Source: a virus. From it: a stretch of 64,000 nt of DNA. Under the pieces are notes generated by a model that did no database searches, was not told where the DNA came from, and saw only the letters and a list, made by a program, of their open reading frames with translations. Below, in pieces: positions 50,536 through 61,706 of the stretch (positions within the stretch are counted from its first letter, which is position 1; the number at the start of each line of letters is the position of its first letter). Location of the stretch: positions 65,538 to 129,537 of IMG/VR virus record IMGVR_UViG_3300047157_000162, one strand, 5' to 3'. Position numbers and translations under genes: made by a program.

Positions 50536-52944
50536 TTAGCTAGGGCCGAATTCTTCTATCCCAAATCCACCTAACACATCGTTTCCTGATGATTCAAAGT
50601 TTTTAGGTAATCCCTCTGTTTGTCTTTGTTGTATCAACTCAGACTGCTGGGATCCCTGCATTTTTATTCTTTTATCTTTTCTATCTTCAATTTCTTTTTC
50701 CTTAGCTCCGTCTGCGTTTGCTCTTACTTGAGCTAACTGCATATTAAAGTTGAACTCTTCAGCCATTAACTCTCTTTTTATTTGAGCTTCAGTTTGCATT
50801 CTTTGTATTTCAAACTGCGACTTAGCTTGCTCTATACTTACTTTTTCCTGAGTAAGTGCTTGTTGTTTTTGCACCTCAGCCATTGCAGCTTTTTCAGCTG
50901 CTTCAGCGTTTGCTTGCGCTTGCGCTTGGATGTTAGCTTGTTGCTGTTCTTGTTCTCTTTTTATTTTTTGTTTTTGTCTAAGCTTCAAGAATTGATTAGC
51001 TAACTTTATATTTTTTATTTGTCTAATATCAATTGCATCAGATAAAACAATCGCTTGTGTCTGCAGTGCCACTTGTATATTTTGCTCTAGCAAAGCTTTA
51101 TCTTCCTCTTCAGGTTCTAGCTCTAAATAAATACCAAAGTCATGCAACTGTAAGTTCATTAACTCCTCAAGAGTTTTAGTGTTAAATGTACTTATAGCGT
51201 TTGTTAAAGCATTTTCTGTTAAAGGATTTTCAATAACATCAGCTACCTTCAAACTTATATTTTCGCATGTTCTAACAGTTAAGTACAACAAAGAGTCTAG
51301 TACGTGTTTAGTTGCAATGTTAGAAGCGTTAGCTGCCATTTTTTGTAAACCTACAAGTGAATCTTTAGCTGGTGCACTACCGTCTCTTGCTTCATTTAAC
51401 CCGGTTACATCTCTTATCATTTGTAAATAATACTGATATGTACCGATTAAGCTTTGTATTTTTGCTTGACCACTTGAAGATGATAATTCTTGTACAGGTA
51501 CCTTACCTCTATTTAATTCGCCATCTTGAGTAAGTGATCTACCTACAACAGAACCTGTTTGAAAGTACATGTTTAACGCCTCGGCTGGATTGTATGTTGT
51601 ACCATTACCTAAGTCAACTTCCGCTAAACCATCCATATCTAAGAATACACCATCTGGTACTATTCTAGACATTACTTGTTGTAATTTAAGATGCGTTATT
51701 TGTATCATATCAGCAAAGCTAGTAATTTTACTAACTATAGATTCTATACGTCCTTTGTACATTCTCGGTGCCGATATACAGTAATTCATCATTACTTTTG
51801 TAGTATCAGCTGTAGGCCTTGTCATATTCTCCGCTAGCTTCCAGTCTAACATAATATTTGTACCTAATACTTTTGCTCCAGTATATAAAACTTCTATTGT
51901 TCTAGATATCCTTTCAAAGTTATCATTAGCTGGCGGATTAAATGTGTCAGGTTTTTCTAATGTTTTTTCTAATCCTTGATCTGTTTTCTTTATTTTGAAT
52001 ACTTGATCTGAATATGTTTTGTATTCAAAGTATAAAACTTGAACGGTGTTAGCATCGTAATTACCCCAGTTTGTTACATACTGTGAGTTACCAGGCATAT
52101 TTTGTATTTTTTCTAGCTCTGACGCTGATAATGATGGAAATTGCTTTTTAAGTTCCGATAAAGATATAGACTTTACCTCACCTACATAATATACATCTTC
52201 AAAGTTTGGATTCTCTGTATATGAATAAATCATATTAGCAGGATCAACATAATCAGTAACAATTCCTTCTGCTTTGTTAAATGATGTTTTAACCGCTCCA
52301 ATACCTATAGTGGTTAAATCATGAGCTAATCGTTTTTTTATTTGATCGTACTTGTTAAATGCCAATACGTTGTTTATAACTTCCTCTTCAGCAACTTCCA
52401 CGTTTTGCTTAGCAGTCATTTGTAAATGCACATCCAATTCTTCTTTGCTCTCAGGTAGACTGTTTAAATTACCTGTTAAAGAAAAATCCATACCTAAATT
52501 TTCCTGAACGTTTATTAAAGCTTCTTTAGTATTCATGTCTCTCTCAACTGCAGAAGCATAATCAGTCCTACTTTTTACAGAAAATGGATCTTGAGCAAAA
52601 GCATTTATATCGTACGATTTGTTTGACATACCGTTCACAACAATGTCAACAAATTTTGATATAACTGGTATCGGTTTCCAGTCTAAATTAAGATAAGATA
52701 AATCACCATTTATAGATAACTCATCTTTATATTTTTGTATTGGCTGCTCTCCTCTTGCATATAATCGTAATGAATGAAAGCTATTCCAATTATTTAAATA
52801 TCTATTACCATTACCTCTTCCTTGATTGAACCATTCCTGTTCAATAGCTCTAGAGACTTGTAAGCCGTAATCATAACTAGCTTTTACTTCGTCGCTAACA
52901 ACCTGGTTAGGGAAAGAACTATCGGTATTTGTTTGTATTTTCAT
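50536..52944 (-). CDS. Portal protein
   Basis: 802 aa after TerL; LRLYARGEQ, PVISKFVDIVVNG, IRDVTGLNEARDG; Q-rich C-terminal coiled coil. Confidence 0.85.
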   Translation of the reverse strand: MKIQTNTDSSFPNQVVSDEVKASYDYGLQVSRAIEQEWFNQGRGNGNRYLNNWNSFHSLRLYARGEQPIQKYKDELSINGDLSYLNLDWKPIPVISKFVDIVVNGMSNKSYDINAFAQDPFSVKSRTDYASAVERDMNTKEALINVQENLGMDFSLTGNLNSLPESKEELDVHLQMTAKQNVEVAEEEVINNVLAFNKYDQIKKRLAHDLTTIGIGAVKTSFNKAEGIVTDYVDPANMIYSYTENPNFEDVYYVGEVKSISLSELKKQFPSLSASELEKIQNMPGNSQYVTNWGNYDANTVQVLYFEYKTYSDQVFKIKKTDQGLEKTLEKPDTFNPPANDNFERISRTIEVLYTGAKVLGTNIMLDWKLAENMTRPTADTTKVMMNYCISAPRMYKGRIESIVSKITSFADMIQITHLKLQQVMSRIVPDGVFLDMDGLAEVDLGNGTTYNPAEALNMYFQTGSVVGRSLTQDGELNRGKVPVQELSSSSGQAKIQSLIGTYQYYLQMIRDVTGLNEARDGSAPAKDSLVGLQKMAANASNIATKHVLDSLLYLTVRTCENISLKVADVIENPLTENALTNAISTFNTKTLEELMNLQLHDFGIYLELEPEEEDKALLEQNIQVALQTQAIVLSDAIDIRQIKNIKLANQFLKLRQKQKIKREQEQQQANIQAQAQANAEAAEKAAMAEVQKQQALTQEKVSIEQAKSQFEIQRMQTEAQIKRELMAEEFNFNMQLAQVRANADGAKEKEIEDRKDKRIKMQGSQQSELIQQRQTEGLPKNFESSGNDVLGGFGIEEFGPS

Positions 52945-55157
52945 TTATCTTAATATTTTAGACGTAGAACCTCTATTGTCATATCTTTTAATTCCTAAAT
53001 CGTAAACCTTTTTTTGCACTGGACTAACCGGTGAATATAAGTTTTTGTTGCAAGCCATTATTGCTAATCCTGAGCTTATAGAAGCATCGTGCTTTGTTCT
53101 ATTGTTTATATTGAATTTACCCCAGTCTTCTAATGTTCTTTGAAAGTACATATCTCCATAACCGGCTTCTGTTCGTCCAACACAAGTTTCTATATATGAT
53201 TCTATAGCTGCAGCGTGTGCTTGCTTTATATCTTCACTAGAGTTTGGTATACCACCTATTTCTCTTTCAGTTACAGATAATTTGTTTAATCTTTTATCAG
53301 GTCTGTTCATTGAGAAGCCTCTATAACCTCTTCTTTTAAAATGATACAGTAATCTAGGTTTATTATTTTCCGCAAGTATTGGCATACCGTAAAATATGCA
53401 AGCCATTAATACGTCTTCAAAAAATATCTCAGCAGTTTGTGGTCTAGCTATATATTCTAAAAAGAATCTGTTAGGTGGAACATCCTCCATACTAAACTTA
53501 GTTAAACCGTGCAAGGCTCCATTAGAACCTCTTTTATCAACTGTACCTGATATATCATAACTGTCACACCCAAAAGCGCCGCAGTGTTCGTTACCTGGAT
53601 ATTTTGTATTACCTTTTGTTATAACTCTGTTTTGCATTTGTACAGGTGGTACCCAACTAACGTTGAACCTACCGTTTTTATTTGGTACAAATATCACCTT
53701 AGTATCTTTAACACCGTTCTCCCACATAAAACTTCCGGTGGTTATTATCGATGTATTCCTAAGGTCTTCGTTATAATCTATTTGTTCGTATATCTTTGTT
53801 AAGTTAAACAGCGACTGCTTTGCTTCATCTCTAAAAGCGTGTTGCTCTGTTCTTGGAAACTGACGCGATAGTATTCGTTTAAACCATCTTGATCTCCTTT
53901 TAATCCTTCAACTTCATTGTTCCAGTATTCAATTACACCTTGTCTTATAGGTGATCCGTCAGGACCTTCAGCTGGTTTTTTTGGCGTTTCAAATACAGGA
54001 AATCCATAAGAATCAATGTATCCCTCGTAGTTCCATTCCATAGGAATGAACAAGCTATAGAGTCCCGAACGAGTCTGTCCATTTGCATTTCTTTTTGTTG
54101 CGTCGGAGTCATAGTATAGTTTTTTAAAGTTCTCACCACCCTTGTCTAAAGCATTTGATGTACTACCCATCATACACTTACCTATAATTTTTGAACCTAA
54201 TCTCAAACAAGTTTTTGTAACCCTCCAGTTATTTAATATGTTTGTAGGTCTTTCCCATTTACCACTTTCATCGTGGACTAATAGTTTTAATTTTTCCCCG
54301 TCGTACGAGTTGTCCCCGGTGTTCTTCCAGTCGATCGTGGTATCGAGACCGGTAATCTCTTGTAGCTTTTCATTGGTATCAAGCTTTTTTCTCGTAAATT
54401 TGGACGCGGGAACTCTGTACGCAAGTTCCGTCTTCGGCCTGTCCATACCGTCCTGGATTGGTTTGAAGAAGAAGGGATAATTAACTGAGATGGGTACAAC
54501 TTTATCAGTAAACATCTTTTTCGCATCTGGACCAGACTTTGATAAAATTCCGAATCTGGAGTCTGTGGATATTGTAGCTTGATTAACCGTTTCGCCTGAG
54601 GCCATGAAAGAAAACCCTGACCGTCTGTTCTTAAGATAGCACATTCCGTAACAACGTACATCTGCTTTACAAGCTTCCCAGAATATAAAGAATAATCTGT
54701 TTGACTCCCTAAAGTCTGCTGCCCCAACATCAATTTTGGACCACTGCAAGTACATGTAGTGAGTACCAGTAATATAAGAAGGCTTGTCTTTGTTAAAAAA
54801 CCAAAAACCTTCTTCACGCCTTTTAAATTCTGTATCAATATAGTCATACCACTTTTCTTTAAACTGTGAAGGGTATTCGTCCCAATCAAATACCGATTTT
54901 ATCTTTGAAAGCTCTTTTGGGTATTCCGTGTGTTTCCACTTGTCTCCTTCAAATTTAATAACATCATCTTTCTTTGGCAATGCTATTTTTACTCCTTGTA
55001 TTTCGTAAACCTCTCCTATCTGCCCGGTCTTACTGATTACAACTACGTCGTGTTCTTCGTTATAACCGTACTCCCATTTCTTATACCTGTTTAACCTTTT
55101 TAATATCTTAGGTTTAATATAGTCTTTTAATACTGCTACTAAGGTTTGTTCGTACAT
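52945..55157 (-). CDS. terL: Terminase large subunit (frameshift near 53860)
   Basis: KNRRSGFS (Walker A), LVHDESGKW (Walker B), MGST; nuclease motifs FGCDSYD and HDASISSGLA. Confidence 0.9.
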
Positions 55158-55432
55158 TATCTAGATCTTCCTTCTGCAAAACCTCTAAAAGCTTTTTCTT
55201 CTTTAGCTTCTTTTGGGTTTTCATTTAATCTTTCATCCTCCTCTTCTATTCTAGCAAGTATTTCAAAAGCATCGAATATAGCTAATTTTTTAGTTGCGGC
55301 AGCATTTTTAAGTCTGTCAGCTGATAAATCATCTTCTGAGTCAACGATCTTTTCTTCTGCCACTTTAATTAACTCCTTAACTGCTTTTTGCCCAGCTAGG
55401 ATTATATTCTTCTTGGTTTCTTTTGTGTTCAT
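55157..55432 (-). CDS. Putative terminase small subunit
   Basis: Short helical protein directly upstream of TerL; assigned by position only. Confidence 0.45.
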   Translation of the reverse strand: MNTKETKKNIILAGQKAVKELIKVAEEKIVDSEDDLSADRLKNAAATKKLAIFDAFEILARIEEEDERLNENPKEAKEEKAFRGFAEGRSR

Positions 55433-55982
55433 ACTTAATTACAATATCATTAGATTTCATACAATAAACTCTTTGATCGTCTATTATAAAATCCCATTCA
55501 CTGCCGGGTGTAAACCCTACTGTGTCCCCTGGATTGATATTAAGCGCTTTTAAAGAACTATTACCTATTTTTAATATACCAATAAGGTCTTGCTCTTTTT
55601 GTGATCTTAAAGTGTCTTTGTTTTTTAAAGGCATTACAAAGCATCTGTCTCCAAATGATTTCCAATCCCCTGTATTTTTATACAAATATATTTGATCTGC
55701 TGAACAAAAGTGTAAGTCATCTTTAAAATGAGATCTACTTCTTTTCTTATTACCTCGGATATCATAAAAAACTCTAAATACATTATGATGTATTACTATG
55801 ATATCACCTTTTTTTATACTTGTTTTAAAAGCTTTTGGTGTTTCAACCACTATAGCTAAATTGTTTACAGACTTAAAGTCTTCAATTTTAGTGTTTAGTA
55901 TTAATGTAACGTCGCCTAGCTTTATTTTGTTATCGTATCTATCGCCAATAGGTTTGACGATAAAATCGTATAGACTTCTCAT
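55377..55982 (-). CDS. Tandem GroES-like domain protein
   Basis: Two segments with GroES-like patterns: KPIGDR..IKKGDIIV and SFGDRCFV..INPGDTVGF..CMKSNDIV. Confidence 0.55.
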   Translation of the reverse strand: MRSLYDFIVKPIGDRYDNKIKLGDVTLILNTKIEDFKSVNNLAIVVETPKAFKTSIKKGDIIVIHHNVFRVFYDIRGNKKRSRSHFKDDLHFCSADQIYLYKNTGDWKSFGDRCFVMPLKNKDTLRSQKEQDLIGILKIGNSSLKALNINPGDTVGFTPGSEWDFIIDDQRVYCMKSNDIVIKYEHKRNQEEYNPSWAKSS

Positions 55983-56210
55983 TTAATATTCTAAATCATA
56001 CTCAACGGATATTGCCATGTTAGAATTAAACTTCTTCCATGGCATCACCTCATTTCCTTTCTTTATGTAAATACTGTAAGAATTAGATTGCGTGTCATGT
56101 ATTATGCAATCTATAGTATGTCCACCATAAACGTTTTGCCCTACTGAATAGTGCATAGCGTCATTCTTATAGTCAGAACCTATACTTATTTTTCTTACAA
56201 CAGAATCCAT
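55983..56210 (-). CDS. Hypothetical protein
   Basis: 75 aa, coupled to neighbours. Confidence 0.7.
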   Translation of the reverse strand: MDSVVRKISIGSDYKNDAMHYSVGQNVYGGHTIDCIIHDTQSNSYSIYIKKGNEVMPWKKFNSNMAISVEYDLEY

Positions 56211-56222
56211 TATTCCGCTATC

Positions 56223-56468
56223 TCAAGAGTTTTTGTCTTCTTCTTGCTTAGCTTCTTCATAAGTACCATCAGCTAAGTTCACAGTGATGTCACCATACTC
56301 TTCTCTGATTTCAGCTTTGATACCATCTAATTCTTTTGCAGCTTCAAAATGTGCTGCTAGGTATTCTGCTTTTTTTGCCTCTAAAAATCCTACTTCCGTA
56401 AGTATAGAGTTCATTTTTCCTGTTGCGTCTTTAATAGACTTTAATTGTTCATCTGTTAATTTTCCCAT
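56223..56468 (-). CDS. Small coiled-coil hypothetical protein
   Basis: 81 aa, EEYGDITVNLADGTY. Confidence 0.7.
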   Translation of the reverse strand: MGKLTDEQLKSIKDATGKMNSILTEVGFLEAKKAEYLAAHFEAAKELDGIKAEIREEYGDITVNLADGTYEEAKQEEDKNS

Positions 56469-56500
56469 TTTATTTAATTTAATTGGTTACTGTTATTACT

Positions 56501-56527
56501 ATTATTACTTGTTTTTAATCTTTTTAC
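56501..56527 (-). promoter_or_regulatory. Class-II promoter-like motif
   Basis: GTAAAA...AACAAGTAATAAT. Confidence 0.5.
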
Positions 56528-56925
56528 TTTTTAAATAAAGGTCCTAGCTTATCTACGATTTTTTCACCACTTCTACCTATTACATAACCTCCAATACCTA
56601 TTTCTAATAAGCTCCAGAATTCTGGCTCTAAAACAGGTGTTACTAAGTATGTGGATAACTGCGATATGAATTTTGTATATATAATTATAAAACCAAATGA
56701 AAGCATTAGTATTGGCCTCCAACTTCTTTGCAACCAGTTACCTTTAGCTTCAGCTACAATAATTTCAGTTTGCATTTTCTGCAGCTCTAACTGAGCGTCT
56801 TGTAGTACTTTGAATATTTCATTTCTAGCATTTAATCTTTCTTCTTCGCTAGTAAATAGTTTATCAACCACATCACCTACTTGTTTGAAAACTTTAGTAC
56901 TAAAAAATTCTAATATTTTTTTCAC
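56524..56925 (-). CDS. 3TM-type holin-like protein
   Basis: DKLFTSEEE, AEAKGNWLQRSWRP, TM segments, GYVIGRSGEK. Confidence 0.8.
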   Translation of the reverse strand: MKKILEFFSTKVFKQVGDVVDKLFTSEEERLNARNEIFKVLQDAQLELQKMQTEIIVAEAKGNWLQRSWRPILMLSFGFIIIYTKFISQLSTYLVTPVLEPEFWSLLEIGIGGYVIGRSGEKIVDKLGPLFKK

Positions 56926-57584
56926 TATTTATTAATTTTATAAGACCAGTTACCCATAGAACCTGTTTTAGATCCTTTGCTGGACTTAGGAGCGTTACCA
57001 TAACCAACTTTGTTATCTCTCATGAAAACTCTCATAGTAGTACTTTTATGGAAACCAGGTCCATCTACCATTCTTCCTAGTTTTTCAATTTTAGGTAAAC
57101 TCAATGAATCTCCAGCTTGAGAAGCTTTCGCTAGCCTACTGTTTCTTGATTTTTCATATCTTTTATAATTTGGCTTTTTATAAGGATTAGCGTATAGTTT
57201 GTCAGGAGTTTTATTTACCTTATAATCTCTTTCCCTAGTTACCTTTACGACTTTGTCTTTAGTCTGAGAAATCATTTTATTGTATTTACCTGGATTATTT
57301 TTAATCCAATCTTTTTGTTTTTTTAGCTCATTAGAGTCTTTACTAAAACTTTTCTTTTCTCTAGTGGCACTTATATTAACAGTAGCCTCACCTTTTATAG
57401 GGACTATTTTGTTATCAACAGTAGATGTTACTTTGGTATTTTTATACTTTAGTTTAGTTGGATCTGGATCTTTTGGATCTTTTGGATCTTTTGGATCTTT
57501 TGGATCTACCAGTGCCAACGCACTTGATATACCTCTACCTGTTTTCGGCATGTTCATTCTACCCGGTGATTGTTTGTAAGCCAT
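56925..57584 (-). CDS. Basic late protein with DPK repeat
   Basis: MAYKQSPGR; (DPK)4. Confidence 0.7.
   Translation of the reverse strand: MAYKQSPGRMNMPKTGRGISSALALVDPKDPKDPKDPKDPDPTKLKYKNTKVTSTVDNKIVPIKGEATVNISATREKKSFSKDSNELKKQKDWIKNNPGKYNKMISQTKDKVVKVTRERDYKVNKTPDKLYANPYKKPNYKRYEKSRNSRLAKASQAGDSLSLPKIEKLGRMVDGPGFHKSTTMRVFMRDNKVGYGNAPKSSKGSKTGSMGNWSYKINK
57459..57508. repeat. 9-bp tandem repeat (GGATCTTTT) encoding DPK
   Basis: About four units visible. Confidence 0.9.
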
Positions 57585-57595
57585 AATTTATTTAT

Positions 57596-58036
57596 TTATT
57601 TATTATTTTTAGCCTTTCTAGCTTTTAGTTTATCAACTCTTCTTCTTTTTGCTAGCGCTTTTGAATCAATACCTTTTTTAGCGCCGTCTCCAGCTTCTTT
57701 ACCTTTTCTAGTCTGTCTAGCTATTTTTTTATCTAACCTAGCGTTTCTTTTAGCTTTACGCTCGTTTTTACGATCCTCTCTTTTTACTTCGCGTTTGGAT
57801 TTAGGCGCTTCTTTTTTAGTCGGTTTTGACTTATTTATTTTAGGTGTAGAGTCTGACTTAACTCCTTTAGAAGCACTTTCAGTTTTAACCGCTTTAGCTA
57901 CTTTATTTTTACCTGTTTTTTCAAATTCTTTTCTTCTGTAATATTTTGCAGCATGCGCTTCCATTACTGGATCTATAGGATCCTCATTAGAATTATTGTT
58001 TATTGGTGATATAAATCTTTTTATTTTAAATGCCAT
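57596..58036 (-). CDS. Highly basic late protein
   Basis: MAFKIKRFISP; K/R-rich. Confidence 0.7.
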   Translation of the reverse strand: MAFKIKRFISPINNNSNEDPIDPVMEAHAAKYYRRKEFEKTGKNKVAKAVKTESASKGVKSDSTPKINKSKPTKKEAPKSKREVKREDRKNERKAKRNARLDKKIARQTRKGKEAGDGAKKGIDSKALAKRRRVDKLKARKAKNNK

Positions 58037-58038
58037 AA

Positions 58039-58347
58039 TTATTTTGCTTTTTTATATGCTTCTTTTTCCCAAGGTAGGTTTTTAGCCCCTTCTTTCATTT
58101 GAGCCCTTGAATATTTTTTACCTTTCCAGTACACATTATTATCGTCGTAATCTAAATCACCACGCTTCATTTGATCTATATGTACTTTTTCGTGTGCTAT
58201 TACACTTTTTAATTTAACTGGTGATAAATTATTATTTATAACAATAGTACCGTTATTATTAGCTCTACCTAAAACACCCTCTTCCATATCTACACTGTAA
58301 ATAGGAGTATTGTCTATATTGTAAAATGGTTGGATTTTAAAAGCCAT
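58039..58347 (-). CDS. Small zincin metalloprotease
   Basis: VIAHEKVH plus PWEKEAY (third-ligand motif); start MAFKIQP at 58347. Confidence 0.8.
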   Translation of the reverse strand: MAFKIQPFYNIDNTPIYSVDMEEGVLGRANNNGTIVINNNLSPVKLKSVIAHEKVHIDQMKRGDLDYDDNNVYWKGKKYSRAQMKEGAKNLPWEKEAYKKAK

Positions 58348-58354
58348 ATTTTTT

Positions 58355-58744
58355 TTAACAATTCCACTTTCTTCTAGCAGCTCTCCCTCTTTCAGAAGTC
58401 CAGCCTTTTGATCTAGCACAGAATGATTTTCTTCTTTTAGCAGCCTTGCTTCCTTTCTTTAATTTAGAAGGAGGTGTTGTAACTGCTGTTTTTAATTTAC
58501 TACCGGGGTTATCTTTTCTATATTTAGCTACTCCTTTACTTGTCATACCGCCACCTGCTGCGGCTCCAGTACCTCCACCTTTTTTTACTTTAGCATAGTT
58601 TCCTTCTGATTTTTTACGAGAGGGGGCTTTTCCTTTTTCAGCTTTTCTATTAGCGCGCCTTTCTTGGCGAAACTCTTTTCTTTCTGTCCTAGCAGCACTT
58701 TTTTTCTTTTTTAAAAAAGGACTTGATGGTTGTGTAAATGCCAT
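58355..58744 (-). CDS. Highly basic late protein
   Basis: MAFTQPSSPF; GMTSKG..NPGSKLK..RRKSFCAR..RKWNC. Confidence 0.75.
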   Translation of the reverse strand: MAFTQPSSPFLKKKKSAARTERKEFRQERRANRKAEKGKAPSRKKSEGNYAKVKKGGGTGAAAGGGMTSKGVAKYRKDNPGSKLKTAVTTPPSKLKKGSKAAKRRKSFCARSKGWTSERGRAARRKWNC

Positions 58745-58747
58745 ATC

Positions 58748-58894
58748 TTATTCTTTTAGTTTAACCCATTTGGATAATGTATATCCTATTGTCACTAGCA
58801 ATAAAAGTATTTTTAAATATACTTCTATATTAGTCATTGTCACTGCCATTGTAGCTAGATTTATTGCGTATAATTTCACATCTTGAGTTATCAT
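58748..58894 (-). CDS. Small membrane protein (holin-like, 48 aa)
   Basis: KLYAINLATMAVTMTNIEVYLKILLLLVTIGYTLSKW. Confidence 0.6.
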   Translation of the reverse strand: MITQDVKLYAINLATMAVTMTNIEVYLKILLLLVTIGYTLSKWVKLKE

Positions 58895-58898
58895 AACC

Positions 58899-59081
58899 TT
58901 ACTGCTTAGCTCGCTGTGTGATCGGCCCTTTTATAGAGCTGCATCCGCAATGCGCTTTTGAAATTTCCATTCCTTTGCAACCTGAACTAGACCCATAGCC
59001 TTTTGGTAACGCGTCTAAATCTAATGGTCCATCCCATATAGCGTTCTGACCTACGGATGCTTTGTTTTTATAATCTTTCAT
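58899..59081 (-). CDS. Small late hypothetical protein
   Basis: 60 aa. Confidence 0.6.
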   Translation of the reverse strand: MKDYKNKASVGQNAIWDGPLDLDALPKGYGSSSGCKGMEISKAHCGCSSIKGPITQRAKQ

Positions 59082-59099
59082 ATCTATTTATTTATAAGT

Positions 59100-59462
59100 T
59101 TATTTTTTATAACCCTCTACTCTAGCTTTTATAACATCAGCACGCGTAATTTTACCGTCGCCATTTTGATCTTTCATAGCTAAAGGTCCTTCAACATTTC
59201 CTCTAACAGGCATACTTCTTCTTCTTTGCTCTTGATCGCCAAACACATGATTCCCGCAGGTATTTTCATTTGGTGAAAAAATAGATTTATTCCCATAACT
59301 AGCAGAATCAGTTCTTTGCGGCGGCTTAACTCTTTCTACCCCAGGTTTAAAAAAAGGATCTCCTACGCTAGCATTAGCTCTATATTCCTCCTGTTCTCGC
59401 TTTGCTAGCAGTTTTTGTGTTATACCTAAAATTCCTTTATATTGATTACCTGCTCCAAACAT
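59100..59462 (-). CDS. Late hypothetical protein with EF-hand-like loop
   Basis: DQNGDGKITRAD. Confidence 0.6.
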   Translation of the reverse strand: MFGAGNQYKGILGITQKLLAKREQEEYRANASVGDPFFKPGVERVKPPQRTDSASYGNKSIFSPNENTCGNHVFGDQEQRRRSMPVRGNVEGPLAMKDQNGDGKITRADVIKARVEGYKK

Positions 59463-59464
59463 AA

Positions 59465-59905
59465 TTATCTGCTTTTATCGTTATTTACGTTTTTTATAGA
59501 AACACTTAGTACTTTATCAGTATAAGTATCTCCGTTCATTATTCTATTTCTACTACTCGTAGGTATATCATCCTGACCTAGCATTATCCTATAAATTCTA
59601 TTTATAAGCTGCTTGCCTTTAAATGATACTTTATATATATGATACTTTTGAGTAGTTCTATTTCTTTTTCGCCAAACAGAAATCCAGTCTTCCTTCAATA
59701 ACTTATTCCATCTTCTATTATCCCAACTGTATGAAAACGTACCTGTTTTAAAATCTTGCTTAGTAAACATGTCTAAACAATCTAAATAAATTAATAGTTC
59801 TAGATCAGCGTCGTTTAAGTCATTATTTCTACATGCCCATTTTCGTATGATTCTGTAGTGTTTCAACAACCCTAATTTTTTAACATCACTAGCATCTATT
59901 CTCAT
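59465..59905 (-). CDS. Winged-helix DNA-binding protein (MarR-like)
   Basis: LNDADLELLIYL..WNKLLKEDWI..YKVSFKGKQLI. Confidence 0.6.
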   Translation of the reverse strand: MRIDASDVKKLGLLKHYRIIRKWACRNNDLNDADLELLIYLDCLDMFTKQDFKTGTFSYSWDNRRWNKLLKEDWISVWRKRNRTTQKYHIYKVSFKGKQLINRIYRIMLGQDDIPTSSRNRIMNGDTYTDKVLSVSIKNVNNDKSR

Positions 59906-60168
59906 AAAACTACAACTATATCTTGCATTTTTATAACTTGATACGGATCACCTTCTATTTCTATTGTGTGACCAGCGTGTCTATCGTAGTAAATTAAATC
60001 ACCTTCATTTAGACCTGCTTTGGTTGCTTCTTCTCCAGGAGATATTACAGATGCTTTAATGTATCTTATATCTTCCCTTTGTTTTTCGGCAAGAAGTAAA
60101 CCGCCTTTAGTTGCGGCTACTCCTTCTTTTTGTTTCTTTATTATTAAGTTTCTACCTATCGCCTTCAT
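59902..60168 (-). CDS. groES: Co-chaperonin GroES
   Basis: KAIGRNLII, TKGGLLL, VISPG, EGDLIYY, DIVVVL. Confidence 0.85.
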   Translation of the reverse strand: MKAIGRNLIIKKQKEGVAATKGGLLLAEKQREDIRYIKASVISPGEEATKAGLNEGDLIYYDRHAGHTIEIEGDPYQVIKMQDIVVVL

Positions 60169-61706
60169 TTGCTCTTAAATTATTAATTACACAATCAGTT
60201 GATAATATTGTAGTAGCTACAGACGCAGCATTTCTTAATGCACTTTTGGTTACCATTAACGGATCAATTATACCGTGTTTAACCATATCTACAGGTTCTC
60301 CTGTTATTGCATTCAAACCAACACCTTTGTCTTGCGGTTCTGATGCTGTGATACCTGCATTTTCTAATATTGTAAAGTAAGGGGCTTTTATAGCTCTTAA
60401 TAAAACTTCTTCACCTAATCCTTCACTTTTAATATATGTTGAAGCATTTAATAATGCAACGCCTCCGCCTGGTACAATACCTTCTTTAACGGCTGCTTTT
60501 GTTGCACAGATAGCGTCTTCAACTCTATCAGTTTTTTTCTTTTAACTCTACTTCAGAGTTTGCACCAACTTTAACCACTGCAATTTTAGCAGTTAGCATT
60601 GATAATCTTTTTTCAAGCTTTATAACTTCCCAACTTTTTAGCGTGTTGTTTGTAAGCTTTTCTTTTATGCTACGTATTACATCCTTTATCTTTTCGGATG
60701 CCTCAGAGACCGTTATAACAGTGTCCTCGTGTGAGGTAACACTTTTTAAACAAGATCCTAAATAATCTACGTCAATTGAATCAAGGTCATCTCCTAAATC
60801 TTCATTGACTATTGTAGCTCCAGTTAGTAAAGATAGATCCTCAAGTACTTCACGTTTGCTAATACCGTAAGTAGGAGCATTGATTACGTTTACTTTTAGA
60901 TTACCTTTCTTTTTATTGGTAGCCAGAGTTGATAAAACACCTTGTTCTAAATCGCCTATAATAAGCAAAGGTTTATTGTTTTTTATTACGTACTCCAGCA
61001 CTTTTTGTATATCTCTTATAGTATTAACTGGGGATTCCATAATTAATACTAATGGATTTTCTAATTCAGCTGTTTTTGTTTGTTCGTTTGTAATGAAATG
61101 AGAGTTTGTTAAACCTTTATCATAAGGTACACCTTCAATTAATTCAGAAACAGTTTTACCGTCACCGGCAGTTTCCATCATTACAATACCTGTATTATCT
61201 ACAGATCTAAAAGCATCAGCTATAATAGAACCTAATTCATTGTCGTTGTTAACAGATATAGAAGCTATATTATCTAGCATGTCTCCTTTCACGTCAACTG
61301 CTAGCTTTTCTAAATACTTAATTACTTTTTCAACTGCAGAATTAATACCATCTTTTATTTCTCTAGCATTTTTCTTTTCTGAAACAGTATAAGCTTCTTT
61401 TAATATAGCGTGCGCTAAAACAGTTGCGGTAGTTGTACCGTCACCTGCTTCTTGAACAGTTTTCCTAGCGGCTTCTTTTAAAAGTGTAGATCCCATGTTT
61501 TCAACTGGATCAAACAATATTATAGAATCAGCTACAGTAACACCGTCTTTCGTTATGACGGGTTTACCCGTACCGTCTTCTAGCATCACACATTTACCGC
61601 CAGCTCCTAATGTAGAGCTGACAGCATTTGCTAACTTTTCTATTCCTTTAAATACTTGATCTCTAGCATCGTCACCAAAGTTCAAGTTTTTGACAATTCC
61701 GTTCAT
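60152..61706 (-). CDS. groEL: Chaperonin GroEL (frameshift near 60530)
   Basis: ITKDGVTVA and AGDGTTTATVLA; continuation DRVEDA..EGIVPGGG..GIIDP to TAG at 60152. Confidence 0.95.

Noticed and set aside
22187-61706. Programmed frameshifts or pseudogenes in thyA, nrdB, the giant protein, terL and groEL
   Set aside because: Indels are scattered over many essential genes, often at homopolymers, which fits long-read error.
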